The notes under the pieces were generated by a model. The model saw only the letters and a program-made list of their open reading frames with translations, was not told where the DNA came from and made no database searches. Source: Fonticula alba ATCC 38817 (taxonomy: Eukaryota; Protista; Nucleariida). Taken from it: a stretch of 64,000 nt of DNA. Shown here piece by piece: positions 1 to 11,603 of the stretch (the stretch's first letter is position 1; every line of letters begins with the position of its first letter). The DNA is taken from the NCBI GenBank assembly GCA_000388065.2, contig KB932207.1; one strand, 5' to 3'. A program made the position numbers and the translations under genes.

Positions 1-40
1 GTCTCCCCTCCCCCCCTCCCTCTTCCCCTCTCCTCGGCAG

Positions 41-3000
41 ATCACCCCCCCGCAGGGCGAGCCCTTCAAGGTCCATGTGTCGCTTTTCCTGACCGTGGCC
101 TCCGGCATGCTCAATCGCACCAAGGCCGCCACGGAGGAATTCATGAATGCCGCCCTGCCGGTCCTCTTCGCCGGGCTCAATTCCCCGAGTGCCGACTTCC
201 AGATCGCCAGCCACCTCATTCTGTCGCAGCTGTTTGGCGGCTCGCAGGTGGCCCAGGAGACCACCCGCGTGGTGACGGCTCTCCTTTGCACCAAGACCAC
301 CGACCGGACGGCGGCCTCCGCGCTGCCGGTCCTGGCGCTCATCTGCCACAACAGCCCGACCGTGGTCTTCGAGCCGGAGCACCTCAGCGGCCTGATGGCC
401 CTGTCCGGGCTTGGGGCCCGGTTGGCCGAGGTCAGCGCCATGGGCATCGCCCACGGCCTGATCAAGGGCTTCCTCGGCTCCTGCACCGTCCACCTGTGCG
501 TGTTCGCTTCCTTTGTATTTTGCGCTGCCCCCCCCCCCCCCCCTCCCTCCCCGAGTTGAGGCTGCCCCATTCTCACCCCTGTCCCGTTTGTCACTCGGTC
601 TTCGAACACACGTGCATGCGCATGCGTGTCTGTGCGCGCACATGCGCCCACGCAGCCACCGCGAGGGTGTGCCCGAGGTGTGCCTCCAGTTCCTGGAGGC
701 CGTGCCGCTCACCTGCGCCGAGCTGGTGGCCTCCACCACGGTGGCCCTGTTCGAGCGTGTGGTCGATGTGCTGGCGGACCAGGACATGGACGCGGCCGCC
801 GCGGCCGCCAGCCAGCCGACCATGCTGGCCATCCTGCGCCTGCTGAGCACCCGCTACCCGGATGCGGTGGACTCCTGCATGGTGCACTTCTCGGCCACCC
901 TGACCGAGAAGCGCAAGGCCCTGGTCTTCCAGGTGTTCAAGGGTGTCTTCGATGGGTCGCGGCACCAGCCGCTCGGGGACAACTCCTCCTCGCTGCTGCT
1001 GACGCTGAACCACCCGAGCGATGGGATCCGCGAGCAGGCCATTCGCGAGCTGGCCGACGCCATCGCCACCCCGGCGGCCAACCATGCCTACATCGCGGCC
1101 ACGGCCCTCGGCAAGCTGTACGACTCGCACCCGCCGGTGGTCGAGGCGGCCCTGGATATCCTGGCCCGCAAGGAGATCCTCCCCCATGTGGAGGCCGACC
1201 AGCTGCAGAGCTACCTGTGGACGGTGCTGGTGACTGGGCGCGACGCTGACGACCAGCCGGTCCGCCTGCCGGCCGGCATCTTCCCCCTGGTGGCCGCCAT
1301 GTCGCACCATCAGCCGGGCCTGCTGGCCGATGTGCTGCCGGTCCTGCTGGCGGCTCTGACCGGTGACATGCGCCTGGATGTGGCGGCGGCCCTGCCGGCC
1401 TTGGCTTCGGCCGCGTGTCCTCTGCTGGCCGGGCTGGCCAAGGTGCCGGTGTCTGCCGGGAGTGCCCGGCCGGCGGTCGGCGCGGCGGTGGCCACGGCGG
1501 TGGCCACGCGTCTGCCGGAATCCACCCTCACCGGGCTGATCGGCGCCCTGCCCGACTTGCAGGATCTGACGGCCCCGGCCGCCGGGCTGATCGGCCTGGC
1601 TTTGGTGTCTGGACAGCCCGAGGCCCGCGATGATGCGGCCTTCTTCGTGCAGACCGAGCAGCTGCTGGCCGCGCTTGGGCGTGTGCCGGCTGCGGTGGCC
1701 GCCGCGGTGGCCGCCCCGGCGGTGGTTTCGGCCGACACCGCCCTCGAAAGTGCCCTCGAGGCGGCGCTGGCCCTGCCGGAGGCCACGGCTCGCACGCAGG
1801 CCGCCCTGCAGGGGCTTCTGCTGGCGCTGGTCCGGTCGTCGGCCCGGCGTCGGGCTCCGCTGGCCCTGCTCCAGGCCGGCCTGGCCCAGCAGCCGTATCA
1901 CGCCCTGCTCCTGTCCCTCTTCTCGACTTTGGCTCCGTTGGCGGCGGCGGCCGGGTCGGCCAGCTTCGCGGCCGACCTGCTGGTCCTGCTGCTGGCCGAG
2001 CACTTGGACCACGCGCCGCTGGGCTTCCTGGCTGGGGTGATTGTGGCCCCGCCGGCTGCCCTGCCGGCGTCCACCGTGGTGGCGGCCCTGCGCCTGTTGC
2101 AGGTGGTCATCGCCACGCAGGAGGCCCATCGTGACCTGGGTGCCCTGGGCCCGGTGTTGCTGGTGCCGCTGGTGCACCCGTCCGGGGCGGTGCGCTCGGC
2201 GGCGGTCGATTGCCTGGCCGCCCTGCAGGAGGTCCAGGCTGCCCTGCCGAAGGCCGCGCACAAGGCCGCTCGTGGGGTTGTTGCCCGGCGTGGGAGTGGT
2301 GCGCGGTCGGCGGCCCCGGTGGCCGGCGCCGGCCCGGCCGTGGACCGGAGCCTGGTCCTGTGCTTCTCGGAGCTCTTCCCCACCACGACCGCCGGGCAGC
2401 CGGTCAGCGCCTTCCTCAGCACCAAGAAGTCCGCCAAGTTCCTGAAGGGCCTGCTGGACGCGCGCGCCGAGTTGGCCATGGATGCGTCGGCGCTGCCGGC
2501 GGTGCTCGGCGCCATGCTCAAGGCCCCGCGCAACAACTCCTTCAAGCTGAAGGTCATCAGCTTCCTGCTCGGGGCCTCCGGGGCCCTGGCGGAGCCCTTC
2601 TTCCAGGCGACCCTGCTCCGGGTGCTGGGCAGTGTGGACGCGGCTTTCAAGCTGCCGCACCTGGTGGCCGGGCTGGCCAGTTTGGAGGCACGCCTGCCGG
2701 CCCTGGCCAGCCTGTCGGAGCCCGCGGCCTCGGCCCTGGCCCGCGAGCTTTTCGGCTGCCTGCATAGCGCGGCCCTGCGCCAGTTGAAGGAGGACCAGCG
2801 TGTGGCGGTGGCCGAGGCGCTGTTGGGCTTCCTGGCTCCGCAGAAGGAGGAGGAGGCGGAGGCGGAGGCCGCCGGCCCCAGCACCGGGGTCCGGCTGGTT
2901 TTGCTGGAGGCCGTGTCCAAGGACTTCTTCCTGCACCACCCGGCGGCCTATGGGCAGCGCCTGTTCCAGCAGGTCATCCGGCTGCTGACGTCCACCAAGG

Positions 3001-6000
3001 ACAGCCGTCTGGCGGCCGGCATCCGGGCCTTCTTCGGCCGGCTGAGCGATGTCAATGCCCAATTTGCCGAGGCCTTCCGCGGGTTGGCCGAGACGTATGG
3101 CGCGGCGGCCCGGCGCGTGGCCCAGCCCGAGGCGGCCGGTGCCCCTGCCACCGGGGGCGACTCCCAGCAGGAGCTCGACACGGTGGGCGCGCTGCTGATC
3201 GGCACGCTGGAGGCCTTCGAGCTGCGCCGGGTCATCCTGCCGAACAATGACCTGGTGACGCTGCTGTTTTCGCTGCTGGAGTCGGCCGTGCTGGCTGGCC
3301 CGTCCGTCGGTGGGGATTACCTTCGGCAGTTGCTGCTGTCCTCGCTGCTGTCCCTGTCGAATGCCTTCCAGTCGCTGGATCGCGCGTCGGCCGAGCGCCG
3401 GGCCGGGCAGACCGGCTTCCGCATGGATGTCCTGGTGGATTGCATCCGATCCAGCGACAATCCCCAGCTCCACCACTTGGCCCTGCTGCTGATGAGCTCC
3501 ATCGCGGCCATCTACCCGGAGAATGTCCTGTCCTCCATCATGCCGGTCTTCGCCTTCATGGGTGCCAATGTCCTGCGGCAGGATGACAACTACTCCTTCT
3601 TCGTCATCCAGCAGACCCTGCAGTTTGTCATCCCGCCGCTGGTGAAGAACTCCCCCTCGCTCGGGGGCGGCATCAATGTGGTTCCCATCAAGCCGGTGAT
3701 CAAGGTCTTCGTCGATGCGCTGGGCCACATTCCCAACCACCGCCGGGTGCGGCTGTTTGACATCCTGGCCAGCACCCTGGGCCAGGAGCAGTACCTGTAT
3801 GCCATCTTCGCGCTGCTGCTGGACAAGCTGAGCCAGAAGCCGGCCGGAAGTGCGGCTGGCGCCCCGCCGGCGGCCGATGCCGACTCGCTGCGGGAGTTCT
3901 GCGTGACGCTGAGCAACTCCTTCCAGCCGGAGGCCCAGCTGCAGGCGCTGCTGCAGCTGCTGCAGCTGGTCCTGTCCCTGCCGAATGATGTGCCGCGTGG
4001 TGGCGCGTCCGAGGGGCCGGCCAGCGGCGGGTCCTCCTCGGGCAGCTCGGCCGGCATCGATCGTGACCTGATGCTGGTGGACATTTATGGCATGCCGGCC
4101 CGGCAGCTGCGCATGTTCAAGTACGACACGATCCGCTTCATTTCCGAGGTCCTGGCCAGCCGGGCTTTCTTGCAGAAGTTTGTCAGCCGGTCGTCGCGCG
4201 GTGGTGCGGCGGCCGGGACGGCCGCCCCGGCCGCCGCCGGCGGTGCCTCCAACAGCCCCTTCGAGCAGCTGTTCATCTCCATCCTGGAGTCGCTGCTGAG
4301 TCTGGTCGATTCGCTTGGGGCCCACCTGGCCCGGCCGATGGAGGAGATCGGCGGCCCGGCCGCGGTCAAGGCCTTCCGCCACATCAATGCCCGGGTGTAT
4401 GATGTCATCAACCAGACCAACTCCCTGCTGTCGATTCCGTCCTTCTTGAATGTGGTGTCGCGCTTGCTGCAGCACCGGAGCAGCTCCCTGCGCCGGCGCA
4501 CGCTGCTGCTCTTCAACCAGCGCCTGCTGGATGACAGCCAGGAGAGCCACCGCCACAAGGACCTCTTCCTGTCGATGCTGGCCGATGTGACCGGGGTCAT
4601 TCGCGCCGGCGGGGCCGATGCCGATGCCGTGCTCAATGTCCAGAGTGCCCTGGTGTCGCTGGAGATCCTGATTCGGTTCTTCGCGGCCACCGAGGCGGCC
4701 ACCTTCCTGGAGGTGGTGCCGGTGGTCATCGCCGGGGTCAAGAGCACCAATGTCCAGGTGGCGGCCAACAGCCTGATTTGCTTGGCGTCCCTGTGCTCGC
4801 AGCTGAAGCAGCAGATCCTGCCCTTCCTGCCGCAGTTCATGAAGGACTTCCTGGGGCTCTTCCGCCAGTGGCTGGATTCCAAGGCCGCTCCGATGGCGGC
4901 CGGCGGGAGTGCGTCGGGCATCATCGGGTCCTCCGCCGAGGAGGGCGGCGCCGTGACCCCGGCCAGCATGAGTGCCGCGGTGGCCGAGCGCCAGCGCCGG
5001 AGCTCGCAGCAGTACTTCCTTCGGTCGGCCATCGCCCTGCTGGAGGATCTGCTGGTGCACCTACGACGCTCTTCCGATCTGAGCTCGCAGCAGTACTTCC
5101 TTCGGTCGGCCATCGCCCTGCTGGAGGATCTGCTGGTGCACCTGCCGCAATTCCTGTCGCCGTACATCGCCGACACGCTGGCCTGCTGCCTGGATCCGTA
5201 CATGCTGGCGCAGGTGGGCGACGCGTCGATCGGTGCCGGTGGTGCGTCGCTTTCCTCGAGTGGTGCCGACAGCTCGGAGCTGTTGATGAAGACCCGTCGG
5301 GTGCTGCAGCTCCTGGGGCAGAACCTGCCGCCGCGTGTGCTGCTTCCGGCGCTGAAGGGGTACTTCGAGCGCCAGGCCCCGGTGGCCGAGGAGGCCTCGC
5401 TGGTGGCCTTCTTCCACCTGTCGCGTGACATCGTCAGATCGGAAGAGCACACGTGATGAAGACCCGTCGGGTGCTGCAGCTCCTGGGGCAGAACCTGCCG
5501 CCGCGTGTGCTGCTTCCGGCGCTGAAGGGGTACTTCGAGCGCCAGGCCCCGGTGGCCGAGGAGGCCTCGCTGGTGGCCTTCTTCCACCTGTCGCGTGACA
5601 TCGTCGGGCATCTGAACCGCTCGGCCGTGGTCATGTTCAGCGAGGACTTCTTCGGGCTCTTCCTGGGCGCCGTGTCGTTGCGCGGTCGCAATGGCAAGGC
5701 CCCGGCCGCCCCGGCGACCGATCGCGTGGAGGCCGCCGCCGTGGACATGTACCTGGAGCTGGTGACGAAGATGAATGAGTCGATGTTCCGCCCGCAGCTG
5801 ATCAAGGTGCGCCCCCCTCGGCGGGCTCTTTTTTCTTTGCTTCTTTTGCTCTTTTGCTCTTTTGCTCTTTTGCTTTCGCCTCCATGTGCCGGTACTGAGA
5901 CGTGGTCTATGTCCCCTCCTCGCTCTCTCCCTCTCTCCCCGCCTCCCCCCTGGCTTGCAGTTTGTCGACTGGGCCAATGGCATTGAGCGGACCCCGGCCC

Positions 6001-6779
6001 GGCAGCTGTCCTTCTACTTCGCGGTGGACAAGATGCTGGACCGGCTGAAGTCCGTGTTCATCCCCTTCCTGGGCCACGTCTTCGAGAGCATGATGGACCT
6101 GCTCGTGTCGCTGCCGGAGTCGGTGGATCTGAAGGCCGGCAGCGCCGCCGGCGGTGCGAATGTCGCCGGATCGTCGATGTTCATGCTGGCCGCGCCGAGC
6201 CCGGCCCGCAAGTCGGTCGGCGGGAAGCGCTCGCGCGACCAGCTTGACCAGGATGAGGCTGCCGCCAAGACCGGCGGCCTGCTGCCGCTCGAGGCCGGCA
6301 TGCTCCTGTGGCGTCGCCTGCTGTCGTCCATCCACAAGTCGCTGGTCTTCGACACGGAGGGCTTCTTCGAGAAGGACCGCTTCGCGCGGATCCTGCCGCT
6401 GCTGGTCCAGCAGTTCACCTCGCCGCTGCTGCAGGCCGATGCCGGCTCCATGCGCGCGGTGGCCGGCGAGACCCTGGTCCCGCTGATGGGTCAGCTGGCG
6501 GTGACGGTCAGCAACGACGTCATGTGGAAGGCCATCAATGCGGCGGTGTTGGATCTGACCCGGGCCCCGTCGATCGATCTGCGCTGCGTGGCCATCAGCG
6601 TGGTCATCGAGATGTACAACCGTCTGGGCGAGGAGCTGACCATCCTCCTGCCGGAGACCCTGCCGTACATCGCCGAGCTGATGGAGGACGACGACGAGGA
6701 GGTCCTGGCCCTGGTGCACCAGCTGTCGGCCAAGATGGAGGTCTTCCTGGGCGAGCCGATCAGCAAGTACCTGCGTTAA
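41..6779 (+). CDS. UTP10: U3 snoRNA-associated protein 10 / HEATR1 (5' part lies outside the window)
   Basis: Inferred exons 41-495, 656-5806 (interrupted by the adapter artefact at 5063-5453) and 5961-6779, with phase-consistent GT-AG introns. Very long helical HEAT-like protein with 'DVLVDCIRSSDNPQLHHLALLLMSSIAAIYPENVLSSIMPVFAFMGANVLRQDDNYSFFVIQQT', a BP28CT-like 'FRPQLIK|FVDWA', and C-terminal 'LPETLPYIAELMEDDDEEV...LGEPISKYL', typical of Utp10/HEATR1. Confidence 0.93.
5063..5080 (+). other. Illumina adapter remnant (read-1 side)
   Basis: ACGACGCTCTTCCGATCT equals the 3' end of the Illumina/TruSeq adapter ...CTACACGACGCTCTTCCGATCT. It sits between two identical 63-bp copies (5000-5062 and 5081-5143). 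Confidence 0.97.
5436..5454 (+). other. Illumina adapter remnant (read-through side)
   Basis: AGATCGGAAGAGCACACGT equals the start of the TruSeq read-through adapter. It sits between two identical 152-bp copies (5284-5435 and 5454-5605). Confidence 0.97.
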
Positions 6780-7109
6780 GTAGGGCGAGAGAGAGAGAGA
6801 GGGAGAGAGAAGCCAGCACGGGGGGCCGACAAGCCAGCAGCCGGCGCAAGACGGTGCGGCGTGCAGGCGTGTGCCCTGCGCCGCCGCGGCTGTGCTCTCC
6901 CTCGTGTCGCCTCTCTTCCGCTTTTCCTCCCCTCTGCGCCCCCCCTCCTTCCTCCATGTGTACACAAGTCCATAACCGTGTGCCTGTCCACTACCCCCCC
7001 CCCTGTTAAATATAGAATTGTTTCCCCTCTTCCCGCGAGAAGGTGTTCGGATTGCGTGCCGGTGTGTGCGTGTGCCCGGCGGTGGCCTGTCGTGTGCCGG
7101 CGGCGCGGC

Positions 7110-7142
<33 letters not shown>

Positions 7143-7316
7143 GCGCGCGCGAAAGGCAACATCAGGCAGGAGTCGGTAGGGAGGATGGCAATGGGAAAGG
7201 CAAGAAAAAGACAAAGAAGGGGGGAGGGGGGCGGGGGAGTGTCGCATGTATTTTGTCGGAGATCCCCATGCGGAGGGAGGGGCAGAGGCAGACACGGGAA
7301 GAGGGAGGGGGCCTGC

Positions 7317-8192
7317 TTACTGGCGGACCGGGTTCAGCACCTGGGCGCCCGGGGCGATGCGGTAGTTGTCGGCGCGCGCGCTGCCAGCCAGCAGGGCCTG
7401 GGCCGAGTAGTACGTGAGCATGACCAGGAAGTGCGAGAAGCGGAAGGGCTGCGCAAAGCGGTTGTAGGCCAGCAGCGAGTCGGACAGGACGAAGAAGGCC
7501 GCGCCGAGAGCGGTGGCAGCCGACCCGCGGCGCACGTAGCTGGAGGTGGCCTTCGTCGGCTTGCCGGCGGCACGGTACTGGGCGTCCGAAAGGTCGGTGG
7601 TGAAGCGGGCCAACGCGCGCCAAAGCGTGACAATGATCACCGCGCAGTAGGCCAGCACATGCATGCGCATCTCCATCGGCACGTGGTAGATGAAGAGCGG
7701 CAGGACCAGGGCCGCGGCACCGAGGGCAATGCCGCCGGACAGGAGCGCCATGAAGCCGGAGAAGTTGGACAGATCGTCGTCGGAGATGATGGCCAGCGAG
7801 TAGAGGACATGCGCCACGAAGAAGGCCCCGAGCCCGGCCAGGAAGTACCGCTCGTCGAGCTCCAGCGCCAGGGCCATGTCACCGATGGAGGACGCCGCCA
7901 GGCCGAAGGCCATGCCCAGGCTGAAGCCATCATGCACCGGCCGGGCCAGCACATGGAACAGCAGCATCCAGATGGGCAGGGTCTTGAGGATCGGCACCAC
8001 CAGCAGCGGCAGGCGGCTGATCATCGGGCCGAAGAGGTCCGGCAGGGCCTCGGACGCCGCGATGAACCCCAGGTAGATGGCCATGGCATTGAAGATGGCC
8101 AGCGGCAGGGGGGGCGACAGGCCGGCAATCTCGACCGAGGCGTCGGGTACTTTCCGCGCCGGGGAGGGGGGCTGCTTGCTCGGGGTTGTCAT
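7317..8192 (-). CDS. YhhN/TMEM86-family lysoplasmalogenase-like membrane protein
   Basis: Single 291-aa ORF with multiple hydrophobic segments and family motifs 'LKTLPI', 'GLAASSIGDMAL', 'FLAGLGAFFVAHVLY', 'GAAFFVLSDSLLAYNRF' and 'VMLTYYSAQALLA'. Confidence 0.9.
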   Translation of the reverse strand: MTTPSKQPPSPARKVPDASVEIAGLSPPLPLAIFNAMAIYLGFIAASEALPDLFGPMISRLPLLVVPILKTLPIWMLLFHVLARPVHDGFSLGMAFGLAASSIGDMALALELDERYFLAGLGAFFVAHVLYSLAIISDDDLSNFSGFMALLSGGIALGAAALVLPLFIYHVPMEMRMHVLAYCAVIIVTLWRALARFTTDLSDAQYRAAGKPTKATSSYVRRGSAATALGAAFFVLSDSLLAYNRFAQPFRFSHFLVMLTYYSAQALLAGSARADNYRIAPGAQVLNPVRQ

Positions 8193-8499
8193 GTTGAGCG
8201 TTGTGCAGGGGGTGGGTGGGGTGGGTGGCGTGGGAGGAGGGGGAGGAGGAGGGAGACGGCGGAGGCAGGCACAAGGGGGGGGGGAGGAGGATGGTGGAAG
8301 CAGGGCGAGAGGCGGCTGTTCTAGGTCCCGGGATGCCCGGGCCCAGGCGCGGCTCGCCCAAAAGACTGAAGCGCCAGGGCCGGGGGCGGTGCCCGGGGTG
8401 GGGGTGCCGCCACCTCCGTCTGCCCACCGGCACTGATTTGGAGGTGCAAGAGCACACTGTCAGGGGGCAGCTCTGGGGGCTCTCTCATTGGGGAATCTA

Positions 8500-8524
8500 G
8501 CTGGCTGGCTGGCTGGCTGGCTGG
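8500..8524. repeat. (GCTG)n microsatellite
   Basis: About six tandem GCTG units in the TMEM86/FHA intergenic region. Confidence 0.9.
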
Positions 8525-9296
8525 CCGGCCGGGGGGCGGGGGTGGGGAACTTCACGCTCCTCTGTGCTGCCTCACAGGGGATAATGCGGCCCCTCAGCTG
8601 GGGCGAGCTCGGGTGCCGGCCTGTGATGCCCCCCTTCTCCAGAGGGGGGAGGGGGCATATTTCCCCCGGAGTGTCGCTGCCTTCGGGAGGTGCGGGCGAG
8701 CGGGCGGGCGGGGGGGGGGGGGGGGAGATTCACGCGAGTCTGGGAAATGTGCCTGGTTGAGGCGGAGATCGCCGCGTAGTGTCTGACAGTGGCATGTGAT
8801 GGCCGGGTCACGGGCGCCCATTCAGGGGCGCTTTCCTTCCTTCTTCGCTCCGTGGGGGGCGCGCTCGCGCGCGCGCGTGCCTTGCCCCCGGGCGGCCGCC
8901 GGCCTGAGCTCGGCCCGAACACGCGTTCCGGTGAACTTCCCTCCCCCGGCTCGGTGGCCGCCGCCGGTCCAAGCCCCCTGCGCGCGGGGAAGCGCCCTTG
9001 TTGCCCCTCCGCCGGCGGGCGCCTGGCCCCCCCCCCCCCCCCCCCCCTCTCGGGACCGTTGGGGATAGGCATCTCTGTGCGTGGCCGCGGGGGGAAGCCG
9101 AGGCTCCGGCGGCTGGCAACCCGTGTGTCTGGGGGCACCTGGCTGCCCCGGCTGCCTCTCGGGCAGGGCCTAATGACTGTGAGACCGGCCGCTTGTTGGC
9201 CTGCCAGTGCCGGGGCCGGGAAGGGGGGCGGCTTTCCGCCGGGGGCCCACGCAAGCAGCTCACGTAGCATGGGGGGTTGTTCGTTCGTTCGTGTGG

Positions 9297-9297
9297 G

Positions 9298-9344
<47 letters not shown>
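9297..9344. repeat. (GTGC)12 microsatellite
   Basis: Twelve perfect GTGC units, read directly. Confidence 0.95.
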
Positions 9345-11253
9345 ACACTCTAGGTGTACGTGGCAGAGCAGTGACGTACCCCAAGCGGGGGCTGGACCGG
9401 GGAAGAGCTGGCAGAGCCGGGCGTATGCGAGGTGCCCTGGTCTCCTCCGGGCGTTCGCTAGCCCCGCGCCGGGGGAGCATCCCGGTACAAGGCAACCCTC
9501 GCGCTGGGCCCCCCTTTTCGCGCTCGCCCCCCGCCCTGCGCCTGCGCCTCCCTGTGGCTCTCGGCCCCGTCTGTTCACCTGCGTCTGCTCCGGTATGGTG
9601 CCACGCATTGCCAGGGCGGCCGAGGGGGAAGGGGCATTTCTCGAGGCAGGCGCCGTTGCCGCCCGAGCTCGAGCCGCATGGGCCGCACACTTCATTTCTG
9701 GCGGCCCTTGCCCCCGCCCAGGCCCGGCCTGCTGGGGGGGGGGGGGGCGGGGCCAAATACGGGTCCGCACGTTGGAGCCTTACCCTACACTTGTGGGGAC
9801 CTCGTCGAGTGCTACGCCGCCTTGAGCGGCCCGCATCTCTCTCCCTCTCTTTCTCGCTCTCTCTCTCTCTCTCTCTCCCTTTCTCTTTCTCCCGACCCTA
9901 AATCCCCGCGCGCATTCGGCGGGGGCGGGCGGCGGGCGTGGGTCTCATCCCGGTGGGAGCGCGGGACCTTGTTGTTGTTGTTTTTTCCCCGGCTCGTCAG
10001 GGGGGGGCGGGGGGGNNNNNNNNNNNNNNNNNNNNNNNNNNNNNNNNNNNNNNNNNNNNNNNNNNNNNNNNNNNNNNNNNNNNNNNNNNNNNNNNNNNNN
10101 NNNNNNNNNNNNNNNNNNNNNNNNNNNNNNNNNNNNNNNNNNNNNNNNNNNNNNNNNNNNNNNNNNNNNNNNNNNNNNNNNNNNNNNNNNNNNNNNNNNN
10201 NNNNNNNNNNNNNNNNNNNNNNNNNNNNNNNNNNNNNNNNNNNNNNNNNNNNNNNNNNNNNNNNNNNNNNNNNNNNNNNNNNNNNNNNNNNNNNNNNNNN
10301 NNNNNNNNNNNNNNNNNNNNNNNNNNNNNNNNNNNNNNNNNNNNNNNNNNNNNNNNNNNNNNNNNNNNNNNNNNNNNNNNNNNNNNNNNNNNNNNNNNNN
10401 NNNNNNNNNNNNNNNNNNNNNNNNNNNNNNNNNNNNNNNNNNNNNNNNNNNNNNNNNNNNNNNNNCCCCCCCCCCCCCCCCCCCCGGCCGGCACCCTGGG
10501 GTCGTGCAAGTATCAATGTGCGGTGCGACTGGGGCTCTCGCCCGGGAGTCCTCTCGTGGCTGCCCGGCCCCCATGGCGGGGTCGTCGGCAAATGTCGCGA
10601 CCACCGAACGACCCCCCTGCCCCCCCCCCCCCCCACGGAGAACCCCCGGGGTCCGGGGGCCAGCTCGAGGCCGACATACGGCGGGCTGGCGCGCATACTG
10701 GCGGAGTGTACGTACTCTGATGACCGTTTTGGCGCATCTTCCCCTGGCGCGGAGGAGCCCGCCCCGGCGTCGATCGCCCTCGCCCCGGCGCCGCGCCTCG
10801 CCCGGTCGCGATTGCCGGAGCCCCGCTCGCGCGACTCGCCTCGCCTGCCAGGACCCAAAGAGCCACCCCGATACACCTGGCCGCCGTTCTGCCGCCAGCC
10901 CCGCTGCAGTCCCCCCCCCCCCCCCCCCCCCCCGCCCTCTCGCCCTCCTTCATCCGCCAGTACATGCCCCCGCCCGCTTTTACCCCGCCCGCCTTGCCCT
11001 TGCTTGCTTTTGCTCTTGCCCTCCCCATGGCCGCTGTTCTGTTCTGCTCCATTATGTCGCCTTTCCTCGCGCCTCTCGTCCATTCCGCCCTCATGCCTCG
11101 ACCCGATCTCTCCTCCCCTCATCCCCCGCCCCTCATCCCCCGCCCCCTCGTCCCCCGCCCCCTCATCCCCCGTCCCACACACCTCCCCTTCTCACACACC
11201 TCCCCTTCTCACACCTCGCTCCCGACCACCACCCTGGCCTCGATAGAGCCACG

Positions 11254-11564
11254 ATGAAGCGCTTTTTTACCTTCCGCCGTAAAAAGGACAAGTCCAAGAG
11301 CGTCGAGGTCGATCGCGACGCCTTCAACGCCCCGGCGGCCACCGGGGCCGGCGGCTCGCCCACCTCCGCTCCGGCCACCGCGCCTCAAACCCCCACCACG
11401 CCAACCAGTGGCCACGGCAATGAGACCATCCTGCCGCCGGCTTCCGCCGACCACACGCTCCTCCCTCCGGCCGGTGGTGCGGCCCACTCCGCCAACCAGG
11501 ACACCCTCCTGCCGCCGGCCGGCGCCCCGGGTGGTGGCTACCAACAGCACCCACCGCCCCATGG

Positions 11565-11603
<39 letters not shown>

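Noticed and set aside
591-5060. 1489-aa antisense ORF opposite UTP10 (similar cases at 39428-41503, 59302-60633, 18741-20348 and 6861-8324)
   Set aside because: Shadow ORFs caused by strong GC3 bias on the sense gene. They have no family motifs and closely track the real CDS.
5453-5986. Separate 177-aa ORF suggesting a second or frameshifted UTP10 gene, programmed frameshifting, or a pseudogene
   Set aside because: Fully explained by the adapter-containing duplication. Removing it restores one frame.
9678-11246. Long ORFs that run through N gaps (also near 30.3-31.6, 36-38, 46.4-48.3 and 55-56.8 kb)
   Set aside because: Their length comes from X codons in the gaps and low-complexity flanks. 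No protein signal.
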